From contig OX597814.1 in assembly GCA_951406725.2 (NCBI GenBank), positions 126,356,001-126,420,000 on the forward strand: DNA of 64,000 bases, given 5' to 3'. This DNA is from Octopus vulgaris (taxonomy: Eukaryota). Position numbers and translations under genes: made by a program. The notes below the pieces were generated by a model that was not told the DNA's origin, searched no databases, and saw only the letters and a program-made list of their open reading frames with translations. Each line of letters starts with the position of its first letter. Position 1 is the first letter of the stretch. Below, piece after piece: positions 12,731 to 26,420 of this stretch.

Positions 12731-13486
12731 ATATGCATGTACACATACACACACACATGTATGCACGTATGTATGAGTATACACACACATATATACTATA
12801 TATTTCTGTATGTCCATGTGTAGATGTATAAAGACAGAAAGGCTAACAGCCAGAAACACTGATTGATAAGCATTATTTATATTTTTTAAAACTTAAACTG
12901 TGCAAATGCATACAAATACACTCCAACATGCACATTCAGTAGGATAGCATACCTGATGATTTAGGACCCATTTCCAGGTTTGTCAAAAAGAACAAAAACA
13001 AAAACAAGAACAATCATCACAAGATGCCATTTTCAATGATTTTATTTGCTTTAATGGTGATTAGAGGATGCGTTTATGTACTCAGTTAGGGACTGCATTA
13101 GTAAATGAAGGGAACTGTGTTTTTGAAAGGACCAAAAGCTGTGATGCTTGCCAGATATTTTAATGCATGTGAATGACTAGATGCTGTCATGTTTGTGAGA
13201 TATGATAAAACATGACAAAAAGTTCATTAGTTCAGCAGAATATAATCTATGTTATTTGCTGATTAACTGCAGCTCTGGCTTAAATGGCGTTGAGCTTTTA
13301 ATTAGATTAACATGATGACATGGTTGTAATTACTAAAGGACATGGCATTCATTAGTATATCAATGAGATGGATCCGTGTTCATTTGCTGTTCTTTGACAT
13401 GCAGCTTTAATTTGCAGCTACGTCTTTGTTGTGAAATCGTTATTTGTCTATTTTCTTGTTTGGTTTTCCTCACCCTTTGCTTTATT

Positions 13487-13572
13487 TCATCATCATCATC
13501 ATCATCCTCACCACCATCATAATCATCATCATCATCATCATCATTATTATTATTATTACTATTATTATTATA
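13487..13572. repeat. (CAT)n/(TAT)n trinucleotide tract
   Basis: Read directly from the sequence. Confidence 0.85.
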
Positions 13573-14739
13573 AAAATGTTTGCTGGAAGAATTTTCTCTG
13601 CATTATTTTATGGGAGAGGTCAGGTTTAATGGCTGCTATACATCTTACAAGATATTTTTCACTGTGGAGATGACATGCAGCTAATGTAATATTTCATTAT
13701 CACAGGCGAATATTTATATGCAGAAGAAAGGACAAGAATAATGAACATAACTTACCTAACTATATTAAAATATAACAATAAGAGATGAAAGTTGACTCGT
13801 CTACATTACATTCTAAACAGAATTTTTTTCCTTTCAGTGAGCTGAATTGTTTTTAATTCAGTTCTCTGGTCAATAAAAAATACTGCAATAACTAGACATT
13901 ATGACTTTTGTGACTCCATTGCATTTAGTTTAAATTACATTAATATATATATATATATACCCATGCCAGCATGGAAAGCGGACGTTAGACGTTGATATAT
14001 ATAAGTCCAGACATGACTACATGGTTAAGAAGTTTACCTCACAACCACATGGTTTCTAGTTCAGACCCCCTACACAGCATCTTGGTTAAGTGTCTTTTAC
14101 AGTAGACTGAGGCAAAACAATGTCTTGAAGTAAATTTGGTCAATAGAAACCATATGAAGACCATTGTATGTGTGTATCTGCGTGTGTGTATTAGTCTTAC
14201 AATCTGCTTTTTACATGTTGGCATGAGTTGGGTAAGATTTGTTGAGGCAGGATTCTATGGATAGATTCTCTTCTTGTTTTCAAATAATGTTATTCCCCTG
14301 GTGTTTTGAACCACAACCTTGTTCAACACCTGGACATAATTTTAACTGCAGATTTAAGTAGTGACACTGCCACTTTTATGCAGCTCATGTGAAGATAGAA
14401 CTGGGAAGATGTACGTATTTATGTGCGTGTGTGTGTGGAGAGAGAGAGGGAGAAATATACCTATGTGGATACACACACATGCAATCGAGTTCCTATACAG
14501 TTTTCAGCTATTAAATTTCACTCACAAGGTATTTGGTCAACATTGTGACTGTGGCAGAATTTTGTCCCAAGATGGTGTATAAGGAGATTCAATTCTTGAA
14601 TCATGTGGCTGCACTGTGAACTCTTGAACCAAGCAACCATACCTGTTGAACATTACAGGAAGGTGAGGATGAAAACATGATGAAGGAGATGTAGGGGAAG
14701 TAAGATACAAGATATGTCAGGTGATATATGTATGTAATG

Positions 14740-14773
<34 letters not shown>

Positions 14774-15817
14774 ACATGTGCATGCATGCACACTCACTGA
14801 GTTGGGTTCCAGTAAGAAATCTGTCTTAATTAACAGAGGTAAAGGTTGTGTGTGTATCAGTATATGTCAGTAAGTCAGTGATAAGGGTTTCAGTCCCATT
14901 ACTGTCAGACAATTTCATACATTTTACAGTAAACACAATCATTGTACACATTTTATACCATAGAACATGATGCATATTACTAAAACAGACATACACACAC
15001 TTCAGATTATATGACAAGACATGTTACTGATACAATTTACATCACTACAAATGCAGCAATTACACATACATACAGATACATCTCATGCATACATTATATC
15101 ACATAACAATATTGAAATTATACATACATATATCAAATACCCCTGTATACACATCACACATACACATAACACATTCACATATACACACTTTACATTACTC
15201 ATAGGTGGTAATTACACACACACACTTACACTTACATGCCCACATATAATCATACACACACACACACACACACACACACATGGAAGTTATTACTTAGATA
15301 CATATGCATTTAACATCACATCAAAAAATAGCATTTGCACTTTTACATCATACCTGCAAACAACACATATTTCTTTCACACACACATGTACATGTACATA
15401 TACACACACGCACACACACACTCAATTACACCACAAAATGACCACAAAAGATTTGCACTCACTTTACATCTTATAAAAATACCATTGCCTACACACATAT
15501 GCATATATACCTTTAGTGAACTATTACACACATATACACCCCCACACACAATTACTTTACATACTCCGTTAGATCACAACCGAGACTGCTAGTGTATACT
15601 TCTGATATCTTTCCATTGAAATCGCAAGTCATAATCTAATATTATGGGTGCCATTCTATTAGAATTTTTGCCCCTTGAAGTGAAGTTCTAGATATGCAGT
15701 GCCCAAGAGAAGGATGGGTTTTAATAGTTATGATTGGAAAGCATTGATCAATCAGCTACTAGGGCAGACTGACCTGGGGGTTAAACAATAATTGGATTAA
15801 AAACTGAAAGCAAAATT

Positions 15818-16478
15818 CATCATCATCATCATTATCATTTAACGTCCGCTTTCCATGCTAGCATGGGTTGGACAGTTTGACTGAGGACTGGCGAACCAGA
15901 TGGCTGCACCAGGCTCCAATCTGATCAGGCAGAGTTTCTACAGCTGGGTGCCCTTCCTAATGCCGACCACTCCGAGAGTGTAGTGGGTGCTTTTACGTGC
16001 CACCAGCATGAGGGCCAGTCAGGTGGTACTGACAATGGCCACACTCGAATAGTGTTTTTTACATGCCACCTGCACAGGAGTCAGTCCAGCAGCACTGGCA
16101 ACAACCTCACTCGAATATATTTTCCACGTGCCAGTAAAGCGAGGCTGGTAACGATCACACTTGAATGGTGCTTTTTACATGCCACCGGCACAGAAGCCAG
16201 TCATCTGCTCTGGCAACGATCATGCTCGGATGGTGCTCTTAGTGCTCCACTAGCACGGATGCCAGTAATGTGGTGCTGTCATCGAATTTGATTTCGATTT
16301 CAATTTCACTTGCCTCAACAGGTCTTCACAAGCAGAGTTTAGTGTCCAATGAAGGAAATGTACACATAAGTGGGCTGGTTACACCCCTGGCATTGGCCAT
16401 GAGGACATGGTGTCACTTGGCTTGCTGGGTCTTCTCAAGCACAGCATATTTCCAAAGGTCTCGGTCACTAGTCATTGA
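15818..16478 (-). mobile_element. RTE LINE 3' UTR with internal ~60-bp tandem repeats
   Basis: (cat)n-ttaacgtccgctttccatgctagcatgggttgg..., then about 5 units of ggtgcttttacgtgccacc...ctggcaac...ctcgaat. Confidence 0.8.
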
Positions 16479-17109
16479 AATCCTTATTATAACAGATGTA
16501 CTTTGTGCTTTTCAATAGGTTCTCTTGATTACTCTTATGCCTTTTTTCTTACCTCTGATGTCTGATTTTATTCAACAAGTAAATCTTTGGTTCACCAAAA
16601 CCTCGTGAGGGAAATTTGGTTGATAGAAACTGTGTGGAACTCTCCTGTTATCACCACTTTGACCTTGGTTGTCTTTAGTGGAGTCCACTTTGTTGTAACT
16701 ATTTGGATCATGTCTCTGGTCAAAGGAAAACTACTTCTATCAGTCACAAAAGCTTGCAAGGGGTCATATGTACTTCTCTCTTTGTCTATGCTAATACATG
16801 TACGTGTGTGTTTCATATTCACCTTTCAACAGCAATTTGACTATGCTAAACTTATAACTCTTTACAAATCATATCAATAAAGTTTTATGTAAGTCTGTAA
16901 GTAACTTTACTTAAGATCAGATATAATCTATTTATGAGCTACTCATAAGGCCTTGGTAGGCCCAAGGACTATAGCAGAAGTCATTTGCCCTAGGTGCAAT
17001 GCAGTGGCATTGAACCCAACATAGCATGGTTAGGAAGCAAATTTCTTAACACAGCTATAACTGCACCTACACACACTCATGGCTTGATGTAGAATCTTGT
17101 GTGGTTGCT

Positions 17110-17740
17110 TAATATGCTAGAAATAGCAGCCAAATCTCCAAATCATATGATGCTGTCTTAAAAAAAGGAAGGACACATTGCATAGCTTAGTTCTAGATCA
17201 TACTATGCTTGAAGAGAAGCTTGGATGATAACAGCTGGAATATGTTTGTTCATATATCGAGTGGATAAGGACTAATCTACAGCTAAACAAAAATAACAAG
17301 GAAGAGCACATTGGCTAATATGATTCTAGATATATCGTTTGAATAAAAGATGAGATATTTTCAGCTGAAACACCTTTGATCATGCAACTGTTGGATTGGG
17401 ACTGTGCGGAGGTTAAGCAACCACAATAATAACAACAGCAAGAGGAAAACTCACATTAACTAACCTAGTCCTATACACATTACAACTGAATAAAAGAATG
17501 GATGGTTGTGGTTGGAATAACTTTGACAATAGGTTTGTTGAACGGGGACTGATTTGGAACTAGATAACAACAACAGGAACAAAAGTCACGTTTATATATG
17601 ATGTTATCATAGTATATAGAAGAAGCTATGTCTGGATAAAAGGTGGGATGGCCACAGTTGGAATATCTTTGATCAGAGCCCTAATGGATCAGTATTGACC
17701 TGTGGTTAAACAACTACAACAACTACTACTACAATAAATG
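17110..17740 (+). repeat. Four diverged head-to-tail copies (about 135-170 bp) of family C 3' part
   Basis: Recurring unit cacatt...ctaga...gaataaaaga..gat....ca.ctggaa...ctttgatca...gact...aaacaac. Confidence 0.65.
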
Positions 17741-19561
17741 TGTTAAGCACTCAGCTACTGTTATATTACAATGTTGAATGAAATCCCAGAATACCATTAT
17801 GTGGTGCCATACTCTTTGATTTCCATTACAAGGTAAACAATTGAGATTTCCTCATCACGAAAGCAGATTCTCTGGAATTAATTCTAAAACACTTTCGCTT
17901 TTACTTCTCACTTGTTTGCAGCTAGAATTGTTATATTGCAAAGTGGGTGTGTCTTTGTGTGTATAGATGTGTCTGTGGGCAGTTTTGTGGTTATATTTAT
18001 TATGTGGTTGTGCATTGATTCATGTATGTGTGTGATTCTGAGCTTGTGTAGATTGTTCATGTGAAGGGTTGTGCATGTGTGTATGTATGGTTGTGTGCAC
18101 ACATTTATGTAATTGTATGTGTAACTGTTTATGTGCACGTGTGTGCATGCGTGTAATTGAATGCGTATGTAGTTGTGTATTTAGAAATGTGTGTATATAT
18201 GGATGAGTGTGTATGTGGTAATGTATGTGTGCCTCTGTTTGATTGTGCATATTTGAGTTGTGTGTATGCTTATGTGTAGTAGTTGCGCGTGCATGTGTTT
18301 ATATGTGAGGGGTTGTATGTATGTGATTGCGTGTGTGTGTATGTATGGTTGTGTTTCTGTGTATGTGATTATGCGTATGTAGTTCTGTGTATCTTTGAGC
18401 AGGATTTTTTCAGTGTTTATGTATTTGTGCTCTTTGTCAGTGTTCATGTGAATTTCATTGTTTTGTCTATGTTCGTGTGTGTGTGTGTGAATGTCTCTGT
18501 GCTCTGTTAGTGTTCATATGTATGTTCTGTCGGTGCTCTTGTGTGTGTGTGTGTTTATGTGTTCTGCTAATTCTCATATGCATACGCGTTCTTGAATGTA
18601 AGTCTGTATGTGTGTATATCTACGTGCTCTGTAAGTGTTCATATTGTATGTGTATTCTGTCAGTGTTCATGTATGTGTGTCACAATAAAATCTATGAATA
18701 CCATTAGTTTCAGTGAAGAGATTTGTTAAGTTCCCATCACCAATAAAATCTCCAAGAATGCAGCCATTCAGTTGTATTTTTACTGTATTATCTCATTTAT
18801 AATCCACAAATTGTTCAACGTATCCCATATCTACAGTTACATTTTGTGACTATAGCAGACAATTCCATGGCATCATCTGAGCACATCTCAACATGTTTTA
18901 TTAATTTTTCGGAATTTTTTCCATCTAATTTGACTACAAACGAAGGAGAAAAAAATTGAATTGAACAAAAGCAAAAAAAAAAAACAAACAATAGTCACAA
19001 CATCAATATAAAGTCAGGAGATTATTTGTTGGTCCCAGAATGTTTTATCAAATTCATGATTCATAGGGTATAATAAGATCAGTGTTTAGCATCACTAAAC
19101 ATTCAACCAAGCGCGGTAGTTACATCTTCAAGTAAATAGATCTATCTTTGTAGCAATCTATATAAAACTATACAGTCATCATTTATTTATCGTACACACA
19201 ACATACACCTAGACCAACAATATGGACAATTGCCAACATTGTCTACAAGAACTTTTGTTTTTTTATTATATTTCCCCCTTCACTAAAAAGAAATAATGAC
19301 TTCAATAAGTGCCCTCCTCTTAAACATACACACATATGCACACCCAACAACTGATCCTTGTAAAATAAACACTTAACATACTCAAGATAGCTAATAATGA
19401 TTTGTTTGCAAGACTAGAGACTAATACAGTATTCCCACAGTAATAGTTTAGAAAAGTATGCTCTCAGTTAAGCCTGAAATACCATGGTTTGCATAGCGGT
19501 CAATTCTTAGGTTTCATAGCGTAAACAGTTATCAACAGAGCTTACATCATCACCAATAATA

Positions 19562-19770
19562 AGGCAGCAAGATGGCATAAATGTAAGCAGCATTTCTGGC
19601 TCTTTGCATTCTGAGTTCAAACTCCACCAAAGTCAGCTTTACTTTTTATCCTTTCAGGAATGATGAAATAAATACCATTCAAGCACTGGGGTCAATGTAA
19701 TCAACTTAGCCATTCCTCCTAAGACCATGGGCTTGTGCCAACATTTGAAATCATTATCATCACCAATAAT
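19562..19770 (+). mobile_element. SINE family B (Meta-domain-like)
   Basis: aaggcagcaagatggc...ttctgagttcaaactccaccaaagtcagctttac...aaataccattcaagcactggggtcaatgtaatc...cttgtgccaacatttgaaatcattat. Confidence 0.7.
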
Positions 19771-22461
19771 AACAGCAATGATCTGACTTGGAGCTGTCAA
19801 AATAGTACCAAAATCATAAAACTGTTTGGATGATCTAACACATTCTAAAATATTCATTAGCAATAGTTGTTCCATCTGCTAGAAATAGCTGTCAGATCTT
19901 TCTCAAATCTTAAGAAAGGAAGATCACCTTAGATAATGTAGTCCCATATCTAAAGTGAAAACAAATGATGTACTAATGGCAGGAACTTCTTTGATTATGT
20001 GACTGTTCAGTCAGGACTGACCTGGTCTCAACATCATCATTCAGTACTACTTAGTTCTTGTTTGACTTTGAGGACCTGTTTTGAAGCATATGACACATGA
20101 TGTGCCATAATTACCAGCACTTTAATAACACTTAGAACAGTTCTAATGCCTCTTAATAGCAATTACTGGCCAAACATCTAAAGAAATCTAAACTTTAGAT
20201 ATAAGCTATTTAACAATCTCATAATGACTGCAACTTTTGAAGTTTTCACTTCATTACGATTTCCAATCATTTCTTTATCATGATTCTCAATCATTTTTCA
20301 CTCAAAACAAATAATGAAGCTTAATTGTGAGATTGATTTTATTGCAATGATATCTAAGAAAATAGCATTTAAGCTTTTATAATTGCAAATTTTGAGGTCA
20401 AATTAGGCTCAATAATAAAATAAATAGACAGCAGAATTGTCATTAACATATGAGAAATATATTTTTGATCCTTTATCTGACTACCTTAACTTCTTAAAAT
20501 GATTTTTAATGGTTTTGCCTCCTTTGTTCCATAATATTATAGATTGTATAGATCTTCTGACTGAGATAGTTGTTTGAATTTTTAGACCAAGAGTATTTTC
20601 ACAATTCACTGCCTTTTCTAACATTAATCATTCAACTGTGTAGCTGATGTATTGCCTATTTTCAGCTAAGTAAAATAGGCAAATAATGTACTGTGCTTTC
20701 AAGCCTAAATTTCCTTTTGTGTCTGTATATGCATGTGTGTATATATTCCTGTGATAGAAGAAAACTATATAGCCTCCAACTATAGCTAAACCTATTTTCT
20801 CATTGCTTAATACGGTACATTGAGGCTGCAAAGTTTTTCTTTTAGATTCTTTATACATATTCCTCTTTGAGTTCATCGCTGATATTTCCTCAAATAGTTA
20901 TTTGATGGGCTTCATATTTTGTAGGAATTATTTTCTTTTTTATCTCTTTCTATATATGGAAACCTTTACCATATACAGAATCTTAACAATATTTCTGAAG
21001 AACTCATGGTTGCATGGTTAAGACGATCTCTTCGTGTTTATGGAGTTCCAGGTTTGATACCACTGCATGGAACCTTGGGAAAGTATCTTCTACCAGTGCT
21101 TTGAGTTGATCAATGCCTTGCAACTATAATTTCATGAATAGAACCTCTGTGTGTGTATGTGTGTGTGTAAATATATGTACATACATGCATACACACAAAT
21201 ATATGTGTGTGTCTGTATTTTTCACCAAAATATATTGAAGGAAGATGTGAATATCACCGAGAAAAACCAATAAACCGGTACTTTTAGACATAAATAACTT
21301 ACAGTATTTGTTCTGCCCGAGTTGCACAGGTTCTCCATTATCATACACACCATCAAAACTGCAGTGAACCAGTGACTGGTTCACTGGAAACCTGTAACCA
21401 GTGACACTATTGTTCACAAAATGAAAAGCAGCATCATTGAGAATTGCAGTAAAGGTTATACCTCACTACCATGTTGAAGCTGACATATACAGAAAAATAT
21501 TCATAAAGTAAAAGGAACACACATAGGCAATTATTTGGCCCTTCTGTTCATCTGAGTCTTAAATGAAGATAACAATTATCTCTACCATTTAACAATGGGT
21601 CACTGTCCTTAATAGGTTTTTCAGTAAATCACAAGTATATCATTCTTGTTGGTCGATACTAGGGTTGGCTCAAAAGCTATAAAATTCAAATGAAAGTTGA
21701 ACTGAGAAAATAAAAAAGAAATATGTAAAAATTATCCTTGTAGATAACCATTTTAGACCCTCAAGTTTATATTGTACCTAAGTCTACACACACACACACA
21801 TACACACTGTATATATGCATATATGCACACTATCTGTTCTTACATTTGCCTTCATTAAATGGCTATTATATATACACATACACACACATACAAATATTCA
21901 TGTGTGTGTGTGTGTTACTGTCTCCTTGTCTTGATTTTGTGTGATAGTTGTAAACTAGTGTGACTGTCATGCAAGCAGTGCTATCTATGAAACCATGTCT
22001 GATCATGGGAAGATATTATCTTACTTGAAAGTGGGGGTTGATGACAGGAAGGGCTTCCAGCTGTAGGAAATCCACTTATATAAATTTCATCTGACCCATA
22101 TGAATATGGGAAAGTGGAGGTTAAGACAGTGATGATGATATCTTTTGTCTTTTACTTGTTTCAGTCATTGGACTTAAGCCATACTGGGGCACCATCTTGA
22201 AGGGGTTTAGATGATTTTTTTAAAGCCTGGTACATATTCTCTTGGTCACTTATGCAGACCTACTAAGTTACGGGAAAATGTAAACAAACACAGTGATAGG
22301 AGAGCAACACAAAGATACACATGTGTATGTGTATATATATATAATGTACTGTTCAGTCAGTGATAGAAAATTCAACAAAAAAGTTCTCCATCTAGTGAGA
22401 GATAAATATTATTTATTTAAAGGGCACAATACATGTCTTTAAGTGCTACTAATAGTTTCAT

Positions 22462-22821
22462 CATCATCATCATCATCGTCGTTTAACGTCCGTTCTCCAT
22501 GCTAGCATGGGTTGGACAGTTCGACCGGGGATCTGGGAAGCCAGAAGGCTGCACCAGGCTCCAGTCTTATCTGGCAGTGTTTCTACAGCTGGATGCCCTT
22601 CCTAACGCCAACCACTCCGTGAGTGTAGTGGGTGCTTTTTACGTGCCACCTGCACAGGTGCCAGGCGAGGCTGGCAACGGCCACGGTCGGATTGGTGTAT
22701 TTTATGTGCCACCGGCACGGAAGCCAGACGAGGCGGTGCTGGCATCGGCCACGAGTCGGATGGTGCTTTTTACGTACCACCAGACCAGGGATCCTGGCTG
22801 GTTCAATTCAATTCAATTCGA
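22462..22821 (-). mobile_element. Young RTE 3' fragment inserted in the PLE hammerhead, TSD tttcat
   Basis: CpG-rich, little-decayed RTE tail with 3 internal repeat units. tttcat occurs at both 22456-22461 and 22822-22827. Confidence 0.85.
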
Positions 22822-23059
22822 TTTCATATGTTGAGAAATATCTCAAACATATTCATCAAGCACAAACCACTTATGATAACGAACTAAAAAAATTTAATAA
22901 GAGAAGAAATGCAAAAGAAACTGAGAAGGTAGAATATAGAAAACACAGATGATTAAAAAATGGAAAACAAAAACACAAAAACTAAAATGTAAAAAGTAAG
23001 GGATAAAAGAGTTATTCTCCTTAGACCTTAAATTATAAGGTTGGAGAGATATCAACAAG

Positions 23060-23692
23060 TTAATTAGGAATAGGCAGAATTTTACAATTCTTCAAAATAT
23101 ATTTATACATATGTTTTCATCTGCTAAAAATTTCAGACCTAGATTTCAGTAAAGAGTTAAGGAACTTAGATCTGAACAGGATCTGTGCTCTTTCACCTAA
23201 ACAAAGCCTACTTTTATTTGATCTATTAATATAAGGTATGGATTTCTCAATTATTTTCCACTTAATCACATGTGGTGTTTTGTTATCTTTCAAACTCCAT
23301 ACATAGCTAGCCAACTTAGTAGCTTTGCTTTTGTCCTTATGTCGGAAGGAAGCTATGCGATTGGCACAGTGATTTTTAAATTCTCCTTCACATAATCCGA
23401 AATAGGTCTTCTTATCTGTTGTATTATTATTTAGGGTTGCAGTAACTTCTGCCTCGTATATGATAGATTTAATCATACTTTGTTTGCCAAGTGGACAGAA
23501 TCCTGAATTGCAACAGTTACAACTGAATTTAGGTTCTTGGTATTGACTACATGTATTGATACTCTTCATATTGGGGCAACAACTATATGATAATTTCACA
23601 GAATGCTTATTAGATATTTTTCTGTATCTGGGAGTTGTTGGAAAGGGATTGTCTAGGAGAGACAGGAATATTAAGGGAAAAGGGAGGAGCAA
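23060..23692 (-). pseudogene. PLE linker plus GIY-YIG endonuclease frame with in-frame TGA at 23117-23119
   Basis: ORF 23117..23692 continues past TGA as KHMYKYILKNCKILPIPN* to 23060. Confidence 0.8.
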
Positions 23693-23773
23693 ACCAAAAT
23701 AATTTTATTTTTAAGCCACTAGCGTCCAACTCATGCTAGCATGGAAAGCGGACGTTAAACGATGATGATTTGC

Positions 23774-23815
<42 letters not shown>

Positions 23816-24881
23816 ATATATGTACTTTTATTAAAGCTGCAAAATCATCACAAGACTATTACTCAGAGTTTCATGTTCCTGTTCGGCAGACAGTTGTGAT
23901 GAAAACTATATCTATATATGTGTGTGTGTGTGTGTAAACATTTATATATACATACATATGTGCATGCACATGCACACACACATACATACACACACAAATT
24001 ATGTAAAATACAGTTAACTAACAGAAAATAAAGTTTGTATCTTTGTTCAGTATCATGCTGGCAAATATATTTGCACCTTATTATTACTGTCACCATCTAA
24101 GGCAGCGAAGTGGCAGAATCATTAAACCGATTTCCAGCTGACATTGTAATTCTTTTAAATTCTATTCTTTTATTTGATTCTACCACCAGTAAATTATGGT
24201 TCCTATAAAATAATAAATATATAAATAAAAACAAGGTGGGATGGTCTCAGCTGGAATACTTTTAATTCATGGATCAAAGCTAACCCTGGATTCATTTTGT
24301 TCATTTTATGAAGCTTATCATAAAGTAAATTCCATGGATCTCTTCTCGTGCTTGTAGAAGCCTATTTCTATGAGAATGAAGTCCACTTCTCTTTGCACTG
24401 ATCATTACTGTTCATTATATGAATTTACAAAATAGACTACTGTTAGCAGTTTTGGCCATTTAAAGTTCAATTATGTAAGCTGTGCATCATTAACTGATTT
24501 GACAAAACTACACCCACTTATAGCAATGAGGCTATTTGTTGTGTTGTTTTAAAATGTAAACACCTGGTGAGCTGTTGTTAAGAGATAAACAAATACTAGA
24601 CATTTTTGTGAATTCCATCAGAGAATTCTCAGAGGACACATAGTGTGTGTACTCCTCTATTTTCTTTTTTTTTTATGACCCTGCAGCAAGAATCATTGAT
24701 TGAGTAACATTTAAGCTCTTCCTTACACAAGACCACTTGCTGCCAACTATAACTAAACCAGCTTCCATTGCTTAATACAATGATATTGAAGGAGAGAGAT
24801 CTTCATTCAAATTCCATACTTATTCATCTTATTCTTCTAGTTCATTACTGCTATTTTCTCAAATCTGCTACAGTCTGTGTG

Positions 24882-24916
<35 letters not shown>

Positions 24917-25789
24917 GTGCACGTGTGTGCATGCACATGTGAATGTGTACCTGTATGTGTATAGATATCTGTTTCTGTATCAGTCTATTGTTTTTGTTTG
25001 TGTGTGTACATATTTGTAGGTGCACACATGTTTGTATGTGTATATGTGTGTATGTGTGACATTTTGTTGTCCAATCTCAGTGCATCTGTGTGTGTAGCTG
25101 AATAAATGTACCTGTGTGTGTGTATAAGTGTGTGTGTGTGTGTTTGTCTCTATGTTGGGATAAAGTGAGAGCAATAATATATGGTTGTTAAATCCAATTT
25201 TCCTCTTTCTCTACTATCCTGTAGTTGACAATAACAACAGAAAGTAAATCTAGTTCCTATCACAGATCACATTAAACATAGCAGATAGAAAAGAACACAG
25301 CTTATCTATAACCAATCCTTCTGCATTCTTATTAGATTCCTGCTACTTTCAAGTGTCGATTGTTTCAACTGATAATTGAGAACAAGATGTCATGTTATCA
25401 GTAAATGTGCAATTGGCTATTTTCTGAAATGACAATACGCTGTACAGCACTTTATCCTAATGTGCTCTACAGAGTATTGTCACTTCAGAAAATTTCTGCA
25501 CAAGTTCCCTTCCCTCTTCTTTTCAGCCACCTACTTCTCCATTCAATTTCTTGTTTGCCTATGCTATCTCTATGCTTGATTATCAGTTCTTATACCCTTA
25601 TATGGTTTCTCTGACATGGACACCTTCTTCGTGCAGCATCATCATCCATTGTCATCAATGTCTTCATCATCATCACCACTGACAGGGATGCTCTCTGGTG
25701 TCCAACATAAAACTTAAACTTTCCAATGAAAATGTCTTAGGTTCTAGTGAAAAGTTATTTCAACAGAGTTATTAGCTGAGATTTTTAAT

Positions 25790-26420
25790 AAATATCATAG
25801 CAGTAGCCTACCATCATCACCAATACTACTGTCACCACCACCACCACCACCATAAATGCCATCATCATCATCAAACACTATCATTGTCACCACCATTGCT
25901 ATCACCAACATTACCACCATCACTATTGCCACTACTCTTATCACCATGACTACTGACACCAACACCAATGTTATTGTTCTCACAAGTCTCGGTTGCTGAG
26001 CCTGTTAAAAATAGCAGCCAAACTCCCTCAAATAGCATGCCATTGTCTCAGGAAAGGGAGAAGTCTATTGCATAATATCCTTAAAATGATAGGATGGTCA
26101 TGACTGGAATGCCTTTGATCATACGACTTTCCAATCAGGGTTAATCTGAGGCTTAATATCATCATCATCATCACTTCTACCATCTCCACTAGTTTTACCA
26201 CTACCATCATCACCACTTTCACTAGAACTATCATCTCCATTATTATCATTACTATTGCCAGCACTACTATCACCTAACAGCTACTACTACCACTATTACC
26301 ATCAACATTATCATCATCACCACCACTATCATCAGCACCATTCCACCAGTGTCCTTGCCACTATCACTACTATTATCACCGCTACCGTCAATACTATTAT
26401 CATTATCATCATCACTACTA
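25790..26420. repeat. Degenerate (CAT/CAC/TAC)n low-complexity tracts surrounding a family C repeat
   Basis: Read directly from the sequence. Confidence 0.7.

Larger units (their letters stand above)
22343..23717 (-). mobile_element. 5'-truncated Penelope-like retroelement with C-terminal GIY-YIG endonuclease (Hydra-clade-like), including 3' pseudo-LTR with hammerhead
   Basis: Minus-strand translation contains WFAPPFS, VKLSYSCCPNM, the CxCx5C linker CNCCNSGFCPL, IIYEAEV..TYFGLCEGEFK (GIY-YIG), IKWKI, RLCLGE and SRSE. A downstream HHR is present, and the element ends at a (TA)n run. Confidence 0.85.

Noticed and set aside
15980-16280. CRISPR-like repeat/spacer appearance (also 61160-61370)
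   Set aside because: Eukaryotic context, the spacers are homologous to each other, the arrays lie within RTE 3' regions, and there are no cas genes.
22824-22858. SECIS element for the PLE TGA
   Set aside because: Has AUGA/GA flanking a stem but no apical AA motif. Better explained as hammerhead stem II.
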